DNA of 64,000 bases from Nematocida ausubeli (GCF_000738915.1 NW_026515638.1:22882-86881), one strand, 5' to 3'. Shown: positions 23,031-32,686, counted from the first letter of the stretch. Program-made: numbers and translations. Notes: a model not told the origin generated them from the letters alone.

Positions 23031-23560
23031 GGCTGAAACTCTCTTTCTTCTTGAGCATGTCACATATTCTTTGCATAATGAATAAGCTCTGAAATATTTT
23101 GGTTGTAATAAAATTGAGGATTTTAAAGCATAAAAAGAAGAATTACTGCATGAACTAGAGAAAAAGAAGTAATTACTGCTACAGTTTTGGAAATGGCTTA
23201 CGAAGCACTCAATAGTACTATACTATATTAAGCTAATTATAATTGAATTTTTATGTTGTCTGTATATTCAGGCTATATATTTGGATACTCTCATTTGGTA
23301 TATGCACTAGGCCTCTCTGGTTTTGCCATATTTCAAAATATGTCTCTTCAGGTTATAATATTCGCAATAGAAAAACAAAAGTATGTTATACTACTACTTT
23401 TAAAAGAGCTTAAACCTAGATTTGTTGTTAATTAATGTACTTTTAATTAGTGTGTTGTTAATTAATGTATTTTTAATTAGTTTTGTTGTTAATTAGTGTG
23501 TTGTTAACTAAAGCAATTTATCACTTTTAAGTGGTTAAATAGAGATGCTTCTTGAGAAAT

Positions 23561-23961
23561 ATGGAAGATACAAAAGGCGATAGACCCACTTCAGTCTCTT
23601 ATTCAAAATTGAATTTAGAATATATAGATGCTGCTTCTGTGAAAAATATAGATGAAGTAATCTCAATTAATGATCAAGTAGAAGAAATCTCCCTAAATAG
23701 TAACTATTCGAAGCAATCAAAAAATCTTCTATAGAAACTATAGTACTGGAAGAAGAAAATATTAGAGACCAAACTGAAAATAATGTTATTCAAGCAAGGG
23801 ATGCAGAAAAAAGTTTTAAATACTTTGTGTTTGGCTTAGTTTGTTCTATTCTTGTTTTTCTTGTTTTTGCCATCTATAAAAATAATTCTAGTTTGAATAT
23901 CCCTAATGCAGAAGATTCTTTAAATGGGTATTTAAGTATGGACAGTCAACTATTAGTATAA
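23561..23961 (+). pseudogene. frameshifted paralogue of 20681-21439
   Basis: MEDTKG...SKNLL* stops at 23734. The -1 frame from the A6 run (23719-23724) reads on to ...KNNSSLNIPNAEDSLNGYLSMDSQLLV*, identical to the paralogue C-terminus. Confidence 0.75.
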
Positions 23962-24560
23962 TTTCTCAGAACCTCTGCAAGACTTAACTAGAAAAGAATA
24001 AAACTGAAGGGTTCTAGGAATACACAGGTTTTGAAGAAATAAAGCTTAATCTTGAAAGTATTTTGTTGCTGTTGGATTCTTTTCCCAAGCCAGTTATACT
24101 GGAAACTTAGTTTTCCTCTTCAAAATATTAGACTTAGTCATACTAAACTTAAATGTAATTTATTTTTCATTTTCCATTCATAGGCGGCAAAGAGAAATTT
24201 ATCAAAGTGATGCCATGAAAGTATAATCTTATTAGATAACTTAAGGAAAATAACAATATATTACCTGTTTAATCATTTGATTGCAGAGACAATAAATAAG
24301 AAGAGGTTCTTATATAGTATTGTCCTACAGTAAAAACCCAGAAGGCAAAGACCAGCACCAACCTACATTTCTAGCCCAGAGAACACTTCATGCTCCCAAG
24401 GCAAGGAAAACCAACAGAGAGAATTACTTTCACTTTCTCACAGGAATTAGAACTGTTAGAGCAGGAGGAGTTTAATTTGTTAAATTCTATAAAACTAGCC
24501 TGTTGTTAGTGTAAGGCACTGTGAATGTTTCTATCCTTCTTGTCATGGTAATGGTAGATT

Positions 24561-25808
24561 TTAATACATGCAACTGTATCTCGATGGCGGCGTATCACAG
24601 CAACTATCTCGACTGTTATATCTTGATGGCGGCGTATCACAGCAACTATCTCGACTGTTATATCTCGATGATGGTATGTCACAGCAACTATCTNNNNNNN
24701 NNNNNNNNNNNNNNNNNNNNNNNNNNNNNNNNNNNNNNNNNNNNNNNNNNNNNNNNNNNNNNNNNNNNNNNNNNNNNNNNNNNNNNNNNNNNNTGTCACA
24801 GCAACTATCTCGACTGTTATATCTCGATGATGGTATGTCACAGCAACTATCTTGACTACTATATCTTGATGGCGGCGTATCACAGCAACTATCTCGACTG
24901 TTATATCTCGATCTCGATGATGGTGTGCAATTAGCATTGTTATATGGATCTTTATGAGAAGACTTGTTATCTCTACCTTCATCTCCTTTTATGTAGTTAT
25001 TTATAGCAGTATTATTATTCTTTCTGTTAACATCAGTATTATCTTTTTTTTTGTCAAAGATTGATAACGAATTTCCTTTGTCTGATGGATTTTTGTCATG
25101 TTTCTTATTCATATTTACACTAGAGTCCTTTTCATTCTCATGCCCATGATAGTTGTTTATACTCTTTTCATTGTTCTTTACACCCTTATTATCTAGATTT
25201 AAATTGTTATTTGCTCCTTTACTTGTTATATCAGATTTGCCATCTTTGTGGCTCTTTCTATCAAGTTCATCTCCATCTTCAGATGCAAACGGATCTTTTT
25301 TATGCTTTCCATCAAGTTCATTTCTGGACTCATAGGAGTCTTGGGGAGGGTGTCCATCAAGTTCATTTTTGGGCTCATAGGGATCTTTTTTATGCTTTCC
25401 ATCAAGTTCATCTTCATCTTCATCTTCGAGTCCAAGATAGTATTTGTCATGCAACATCTTAAGTTCAGGTTCATCTTCAATCTTATATGGTTTTTTTTTA
25501 TGATCTGGATTAGCTACATCTTCAATAAGATCTATATATTCAGGATTCCGCTGGTTCTTGGGAACATTTTGTCTTTCAAAATAATATATACTTTCACCGT
25601 ATTTATTAAAACCTATATAGTAATGATTCGATTTATAACTCGCTACTACCCAGCCATCTTTATCTACGAGAAGATATTTTAAAACTTCTTGTCTTCGATT
25701 TCGCCTTCTCGAAACCACAGCCTCAGCCGCAAACTTATCTGCAGCAACACTATATAAGAATGCGCATACAGCTAATATTTTGATTGTATTTCTTAAATGA
25801 ATATTCAT
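24561..25808 (-). CDS. secreted repetitive protein with acidic DELDGKHKKDP repeats and a C-terminal Cys-Cys tandem array
   Basis: Signal-peptide-like N-terminus (ILAVCAFLYSVAA) and 14-aa repeats SRYNSRDSCCDTPP. True length unknown because of an N gap. Confidence 0.8.
   Translation of the reverse strand: MNIHLRNTIKILAVCAFLYSVAADKFAAEAVVSRRRNRRQEVLKYLLVDKDGWVVASYKSNHYYIGFNKYGESIYYFERQNVPKNQRNPEYIDLIEDVANPDHKKKPYKIEDEPELKMLHDKYYLGLEDEDEDELDGKHKKDPYEPKNELDGHPPQDSYESRNELDGKHKKDPFASEDGDELDRKSHKDGKSDITSKGANNNLNLDNKGVKNNEKSINNYHGHENEKDSSVNMNKKHDKNPSDKGNSLSIFDKKKDNTDVNRKNNNTAINNYIKGDEGRDNKSSHKDPYNNANCTPSSRSRYNSRDSCCDTPPSRYSSQDSCCDIPSSRYNSRDSCCDXXXXXXXXXXXXXXXXXXXXXXXXXXXXXXXXXXDSCCDIPSSRYNSRDSCCDTPPSRYNSRDSCCDTPPSRYSCMY
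24575..24915 (-). repeat. 42-bp coding tandem repeat (SRYNSRDSCCD[TP/IP][P/S])
   Basis: Repeated CACAGCAACTATCTCGACTGTTATATCT units on both sides of the gap. Confidence 0.95.
24694..24793. other. assembly gap (100 N)
   Basis: Run of n inside the 42-bp array. Confidence 1.
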
Positions 25809-26160
25809 ATTCAGTAAATATTCAAGTCTATTTATATGTTAAAATAGAGAAAGTGATATACGTATAAACAAGGAGAAAGTTTTACTATTGGTTTGTTTGA
25901 TCAGTAGTAGAATTCATGCTCTGAATTCTTCTTTTCAACTATCCTGGTATATTCAGATTCAAAGTCATTCTGGGAAACCATTTATCTTCTGTTACGCACA
26001 GCCAGCATTCCTGCCTCCTGGTATATAGAGTTAATTTCAACTGCAGAGAGCTTGTCCGACCTGGAAACCAGTCCCTCCAAATTGACCTCGTTTGAAAGAT
26101 TCATTTTATTGGTTATTCTGGTAAAATTTGCTACCATTAACATGAGAACTAAATTATTCT

Positions 26161-26441
26161 TGACGTGCCCAAAAGGGGGTGACAAGCTAGTCTGGAGATA
26201 GTAGTCTAGAATGGAGAGTGTAGTTGTCAAGGAAGGTTTATTATCATATTTTTTCGGTTGGTGACTGTCATCTTTTGTATTTTTATTGGATGTATTTCTT
26301 ACTGTTGACATATTCCGCTTGTTTTAATATTTCCATGTAACTTAGTAGTAGGCTTCTGATATATGCAAAATCTTTTGGAAAGTGCATTTCTCATTGATGT
26401 ATTTTGGTCACAGAGTTAATGAAAGTGGGAATTTTACCACA
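26161..26441 (-). mobile_element. LTR-like element, copy 2 (solo-LTR-like)
   Basis: TGACGTGCCC...TTTTACCACA, flanked by a perfect 5-bp direct repeat ATTCT (26156-26160, 26442-26446). Confidence 0.85.
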
Positions 26442-27150
26442 ATTCTTTTAGGAAAATAATTCCTTCAGGAAATTATTTAAAGAATAAAATTTGTAGAAAA
26501 AAGCAGCAATGTAGACAATAAGGCATACATCCAGGAAAAATACAAAAATCACAGTGATCAAAGATATTCGGGTATGTGATAAAAATATAAATTACTTGAG
26601 AATTGCCCTTATTAGAGTCTAAAATAGTATCTTCTGACTGAAATATTACTATCATTAGGGCGTGTCAGTTATTATTATGAATATCATTCTTTTCTATCCT
26701 CTATCATGGTTAACTTTCTAGAGATACCATTTATAAAATTTGTTTTTATTTAAATCTTGATTTATTTAACAGTTAAAAAGAGAAAATATTTCCTTCTTCT
26801 TTAATTGGTCTAGACAATCAGAACCAATTGCTTGTATCTTGCATGACGATACAAATAAACCAATAATAGAAAATGCATCAGTCATTAGTCTGTGCATACA
26901 ACATACCATATATATAAAAGTACATTTCTTTATACATCTTGGATAAACTACCTGCATCTCAGTGCATAAATGGGTTTTAATTGATTTTATCACAGAGCTG
27001 TAGAGTATGTAAAGAATAATGTATTTAAAGAATGGAAAAATTCAATAGTACTTCTTCAAACACCATAGAATTTATTCTAAAGAATTATTGGTTAACTCAA
27101 GAATCACCCGAATATAACCCGAATTCGAATAATTTAAATATAAATATAAC

Positions 27151-27401
27151 TGTGGTAAAATTCCCACTTTCATTAACTCTGTGACATTCCTCGTATATCA
27201 AAAACTGACTATATAATAGTAAGAATAATTCATAAAAAAGGAAGATGTCCGAAAGAAAAAAAACAATTATCAAACATGCATCCGGTCAAAGGCACCGAAG
27301 ACATCCGCAGAATTACGATAATAAAACTCCCTGGACAACTACACTCTCCATTCTAGACTATTATCTCCGAACTAGCTCGTCGCCCCCTTTTAGGCACGTC
27401 A
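27151..27401 (+). mobile_element. LTR-like element, copy 3 (internal ~35-bp deletion)
   Basis: TGTGGTAAAATTCCCAC...TAGGCACGTCA; left flank ATAAC, right flank ATGCA. Confidence 0.85.
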
Positions 27402-28229
27402 ATGCACTATAACCCGATGTATATTTTCTATCCATTCAGCTCCATACGCACATGTTTTATACATTTATCCTATATTCCCCATCCCTAATTTACCTCTTCT
27501 GTACTATGTCTTCATTCTTCTGTCTATGTCTTCTTATTATCCTTTCTTCTACATCTTTGCAAAAATAAACTCTACAATATTCGCGCTACCACTACTGTTC
27601 AGAAGGGTTTGTTTCTTCTAAAAAAAAGATAAAGACACACGAAAATCAGAAAACTGCACTTTTTGAAGAACCACTCTCAGCAAACACTCAGCGCAATGTA
27701 GAAAGCTGAACAAACTCCGTATCACACGCCAGCCACATAAAGAACAAAAAGGCTCTGTCCAGACATGAAAACCTATGCGTACACCAGCACAGAACTATAC
27801 ACACATACCACACATGATATACATACACGTATGCACATACTATATACAGACTGCAAATATGCAATATGTATGCTGATAGAGACACATCAGAAGTAGACAA
27901 GAGTGCATTCCTCAAGCATGCCATGCAAGTGCCAAGACACCAGCTGTCTATCTCACCTACCCATCTGCACACACCTCCCTACATCAGCAGGTCTTTCTCC
28001 AGTGCCTGCTGCACATGCCTTGTACACACTCTCCCATTATATTAATTTTTCATCATATGGTCCTCTGAGGTGCACAATTTGCACATAGACCGGGCAACAG
28101 ATCGCAATTAAGTAAACAAACAGCAGAACGTGGTCTAGAGTGCACTTAGAAGGGCCCAATGCACATATTTCCCAGTTTGATCATTTTTTGGGGGTATTTA
28201 AGAGGCACGCACTCTGCATTTCAGAACAC

Positions 28230-28860
28230 CAGGAGAGCTGCATCTGTCTCACGGCGCAGTGCAGCAGGAGAGGGCTGGCTAGGAGGTGGCAGGAGCAAGC
28301 CGGCACTAACCCTGCCGGTGGGTCGTCCACTATTATCATTCCCTTCGGGGTAGCCTATAAGGCCATATGGAGTAGCTTGGATGCCAACTTTGTCATTAGG
28401 AAATTCCGCGCATGTTCTTTTTACCTTGATGCTTGTACATTTAATATTTAGAACCGCTGCGTTGTCTAAGCCGAAGTGGCACTGAACTATGCGTGCACTG
28501 GACTTCCCTGCTCCTGTCCTCAGCACCGACTGGCTCTCTCCTCTGCGCAGCGCGCACGATGGCCTGCTGTGCTGTCTGCAGCGCTCCGGCAAACAGCAGC
28601 ATGCGCGGGCCGCTGGGTTCTCAGGCCAGTCGCAAGACGCCGCTCTCCCTGCATATGCAGCAGCTAACCACTACATGTGTATGCAGCGAGCGAAGATGTG
28701 CTGTGTGCAGGCAGTACATGGCGCCCGTACATGGCCGGTACACACTATTATTAATAAACACCCGCTCCCGATCTGCCTGCTGTCTTGCTGTACTGTGTCC
28801 GTCCTTTGTGTGCTCAACTAATATTCCTTGTCCGCAAGCCTCGAATGGCTTTTTATCTTA
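28230..28860 (+). ncRNA. candidate large structured non-coding RNA (telomerase-RNA-like; identity unproven)
   Basis: GC-rich island without a credible ORF. Long-range helices with G-U pairs (28266-28278/28530-28542; 28288-28297/28509-28518), UUCG and GCAA tetraloop hairpins, CTAACCCT at 28306-28313. Boundaries approximate. Confidence 0.5.
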
Positions 28861-29591
28861 AACTCTTTTACTGTGCTGCTAATTTTCCTTGGAGTAGTAG
28901 TGGGAATAAAATGTTTCTTTTGGTAAGCAATGACCAAGCAAGCGCTGTTTGCGAATAGCTATGTGGTTACATAGGTGTATAGCACTTACATGTACTGTAC
29001 TAGTTGCTAATAAGTGTGCATTGGGCTGAGAAGAACTCTAGTAGTTGGATTAAAATAACTATAGGATAAAGAAATAATGGTTTAAGCAGAGACTTTTATT
29101 TACGAATAGAATATACAACAAAAAACATTTCGAATACTCTAGCATTCATCTTATACCTACCCATTATAAGACAATACCATACATACTCTTAGTGCTGAGA
29201 TGTTTTCTACTGCATAACAAACATTAACAATTGAAACTGCCTCTTCACATAATATATTTATGTAGTAAATTGCAATTTCTCCAGAACTTTCTTACCATTG
29301 CAAGAGGCTCCACAGTAAAAGTATTTTGTGAGAGAGATTATCTCAGCCTTATAAAAGGACTCAAGAATAAACACAGATTCTCTTTTACAGAAGAAGAACA
29401 ATAAGACTGAACGAAGAAATACGCTGAACCACAACCAGAACTTTAAGACTGCCTCAGAGCTTGTGCAGTAACTAAGCCTACCTGCATGCAGTAAAAAGAC
29501 TCTTCAACTCAGATGCTATCCGTATTGGGCTACTATTTCCAGGCCTGGGAAATTTCACGAGTGTGGCATGCCAATTTACTATGCAGATAAT

Positions 29592-29876
29592 TGTGGTAAA
29601 AATACCACTTTCATTAATTCCGTGACCAAAGCGCATCAACGATAAATGAAACTTCCGAAAGATTCCTCGTATATCAGAGACTGAATATAAAATCGAAGAA
29701 CAATACTGAAAAGAGGAGAATGTCTGAAAGAAGAAATACACTTATCAAATATGCAACAGGTCAATGTCACCGAAGACATCCACCGGATTACAATAATAAA
29801 ACTCCCTGGACAACTACACTCTCCATTCTAGACTACTATCTCCAGAATATCTCGTGGCCCCCTTTTGGGCACGTCA
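29592..29876 (+). mobile_element. LTR-like element, copy 4
   Basis: TGTGGTAAAAATACCAC...GGGCACGTCA; flanks ATAAT / ATAAC; 134 bp upstream of the family gene ATG at 30011. Confidence 0.85.
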
Positions 29877-30010
29877 ATAACCGTTATATTAGGATGTTTT
29901 TAAAGAAAACGCATTGTCATTCACCTAAGTGTTTAATAAGAAGACAATTTATAAATATTCCTAATATATCTATTAATATATATTTAAAAAATAATTTATT
30001 TTATTGGAAA

Positions 30011-32686
30011 ATGAAGTATTTTTCTATTTGGACGAAAACAATTATTTTAATCAATATTCTACTGATGAATATAAGCAGAGCAGATATAAAACTAAGCGAA
30101 ATTGAATCAACTTTGAAATTTGAAATTAAAACTAGCCTAAACAGTGTGAAGATAAACCCAGAAGGACCTCTTAACCTTCTACGCGGATTAATTTATCAGA
30201 AGATGGAGTGCATGTATAACAAAAGATTCTTTGCCCCGGAGATTGACACAAAATACAATTTAGAGGAAGATGAAAGTGACTGTAAGAGACAAAATTACTA
30301 CACGTATACACGAGATGAACAGAAGGATAAAGCATACAAAGCACTATCAGAGAATGAAATGGATTTATATACTGAAAATTATCACACTCACCTGATTGAT
30401 CTATTTCCATCTCCTACTGGCGATGTAACCATAGAGACACGAGGGAACCAGTCATTCATTCAGTTCCTTCGGGCAGAAAAAGTAGAGAAATATGCACTGC
30501 ATATTCTGGCTATGCTGCTTCTTTTCTCAGAGGGAGTGAATATTCCCATTGAAGTCACTAACAGCGTACTAAAGGTCTATGAAAAAGACAAAAAAGACGA
30601 GATATACTTTAAAGTACCCATGGCAATCCCATGGATAAGCACAGTAACCAATGAGTTAGAGACAATATGCCAAAAGAAAGCTAAAAGATTAATCATTTTC
30701 TTTAAGGAAAATTCGAATAGTAGCGAAGTGTTGAGCATGCTGAATGATAGATGTACAAAAGCAAGTGTTATCTCTGGGAAGTTCTTAAATAGTCCAAAGT
30801 TCCTGATTCAGTCGTACATATTCGGGTTCATTGACACGGCAAACCAAGCAAAAGAGTTTATTCAAGTTGTTCACTCAATGACAGAGAAATATGTACCAAA
30901 GACGAAAATACTCAGTAGAAGTGGATATTTGTATGACAGGCTGTTTAAGCCTACTGGTGCAGAAGAAGGCACGGACTGCATGGCTTTAATGAAAGACATA
31001 GAGCAGATTAAGAGTATGTATAAGGTCTTTCCATTTCTAGACAGCACAGAAATTCCTGCTTACAGATCTATTCCTTTGTACAACCGAAAAACAAAGTTAT
31101 TTTCTGATAACCGTTTGGAAGACTACAGCAACTGTGTGGAGTGTGTGATTCTTTCTCTTTTCTGCTGCCTGGCATATGACCCAGCAGAGAGAATTTATCG
31201 GACAGACCACATGGGAGATGTCTCTGAAGAACTTAAAGAATTCTTCTCTTTGGAGAACCAGCCAGTTGACACAACAAAGGCAGAATTTCAGAAGGAGTGG
31301 TGCAAAGTTGTTGCAGACTTAAAAAATCCTAGAATTGCATACTGCACGGGAAGAAACGAGTTAGACTGTGGTCTTATAAATATGCTCATGGTTATTGCTG
31401 AAGTGGTAAATGCTCCAGAAGAAGAAAAAGACAAAATACTTGGCTTTTCACAGTATTTAAATGATAAACATGGAGAATTTGATGATAAATTATACGATGC
31501 AGTTGAGAAGTACACAGAATCATTACTTAAACATCTATCCAAGACAAAAAATATAGAAATAGAGTTATCTGAGGTTGAAAGTACTATATATAATAATGGA
31601 AGATATGATATATCAGGTGATATTATTATAAGATTTCAGCACAATGGCATTTATAACACTATAGTTTTGGAAATATCCGACCAGCATAGCAGCATTGAAA
31701 TGAAATCCCCTACCATGAAATTCACAGATCTCCGAGTGAATAAAATGAATAAGATGATAAAAAGCTGCAAAAATAGAAAAACCTTCATTGAAAATCTATT
31801 TTTAATATACGCTGGGTACGAAATGAGAAAAATCAGAGATAATGAGGAAAACAAAAAATATATAAAAAATGAGATACAGAATGTCGTTGAGAACAACTTC
31901 ATAGATATAAATAGACTGTTGTTAATTAAGAAAATCAGTGACTTAGACTACAAAATAGAGCTGCTTACAGGTTCTATTGTATACAGCATGGATAAAAAGC
32001 TATTTCCATGCCATCCTATTGTTCGCTTCACCTCTAACATACTAGGAAGCACAGAACTAGACAACCAAAATACTCAAAATAGAATACTTCCTTCAATTGT
32101 TGCTGCAAATCTGCATAGTACAAGAGAAGGTAATCTAAACTATCCAAAAATACAGTTGCAAGAAAAAACGTATAATTATATATTAACAAACCTAAGTCTT
32201 CAGGAGTTTGTTAAGTACACATTAGATTATGATATAAGTATTTTCATAATGTGGATTAAATACTGTATAGATAAGATAGATCCAGACAAAAATCCATTCT
32301 TAAACTTACTATTAAGCAGTTTGGTAAATGAAATTGTTTGTGACCATCTATTTAAAGATGACAGTATGAAGTACTCTAAGATAATTGATGAGCTTATTAT
32401 AAAAAACTATCCAAGCAGAAAAGATAAACTAATAAGTGAAATTCACTTCATATGGATTGTATATATTTGTGCAAGAGAGAATCCAAATATAGAACTTATT
32501 AAGGAAAATATAAATGCAATACACAGTGCAAAGTACATTACACTAGAATCTCGTTCTTATACTGAAGAGTGTTTTGGATTTGATAAGGTTGTAGAAACTC
32601 TTAAAAAACTGAAAGATTCTTTATGTGACAACGAGGATTCTATCCGTAAGATTAACAAGATTATATTTATATTAGAATTGGAATAA
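30011..32686 (+). CDS. Large gene family protein (NemLGF-like), signal peptide
   Basis: MKYFSIWTKTIILINILLMNISRA leader; INPEGPLNLLRG, NKRFFAPEI, YSNCVECVILSLFCCLAYDP, RFTSNILGS. The ORF-track start at 29720 lies inside the repeat element. Confidence 0.9.
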   Translation: MKYFSIWTKTIILINILLMNISRADIKLSEIESTLKFEIKTSLNSVKINPEGPLNLLRGLIYQKMECMYNKRFFAPEIDTKYNLEEDESDCKRQNYYTYTRDEQKDKAYKALSENEMDLYTENYHTHLIDLFPSPTGDVTIETRGNQSFIQFLRAEKVEKYALHILAMLLLFSEGVNIPIEVTNSVLKVYEKDKKDEIYFKVPMAIPWISTVTNELETICQKKAKRLIIFFKENSNSSEVLSMLNDRCTKASVISGKFLNSPKFLIQSYIFGFIDTANQAKEFIQVVHSMTEKYVPKTKILSRSGYLYDRLFKPTGAEEGTDCMALMKDIEQIKSMYKVFPFLDSTEIPAYRSIPLYNRKTKLFSDNRLEDYSNCVECVILSLFCCLAYDPAERIYRTDHMGDVSEELKEFFSLENQPVDTTKAEFQKEWCKVVADLKNPRIAYCTGRNELDCGLINMLMVIAEVVNAPEEEKDKILGFSQYLNDKHGEFDDKLYDAVEKYTESLLKHLSKTKNIEIELSEVESTIYNNGRYDISGDIIIRFQHNGIYNTIVLEISDQHSSIEMKSPTMKFTDLRVNKMNKMIKSCKNRKTFIENLFLIYAGYEMRKIRDNEENKKYIKNEIQNVVENNFIDINRLLLIKKISDLDYKIELLTGSIVYSMDKKLFPCHPIVRFTSNILGSTELDNQNTQNRILPSIVAANLHSTREGNLNYPKIQLQEKTYNYILTNLSLQEFVKYTLDYDISIFIMWIKYCIDKIDPDKNPFLNLLLSSLVNEIVCDHLFKDDSMKYSKIIDELIIKNYPSRKDKLISEIHFIWIVYICARENPNIELIKENINAIHSAKYITLESRSYTEECFGFDKVVETLKKLKDSLCDNEDSIRKINKIIFILELE

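Noticed and set aside
28398..28411. RNase P/MRP RNA, from AGGAAATTCCGCGC resembling CR-I
   Set aside because: No convincing CR-V/P4 partner found by eye; kept only as an alternative to test with Infernal.
27688..28861. Several 60-123 aa ORFs as protein genes
   Set aside because: They overlap in many frames, lack motifs, and are expected in a GC-rich island; the pairing pattern is better explained at RNA level.
29710..29722. Shine-Dalgarno-like AGGAG before the element ATG (bacterial origin)
   Set aside because: Spacing is too short, it is not conserved in copy 2, and the host is eukaryotic; likely just purine-rich sequence.
29592..29876. Hammerhead ribozyme in the repeats (retrozyme)
   Set aside because: No CTGANGA...GAAA core with supporting stems seen on either strand.
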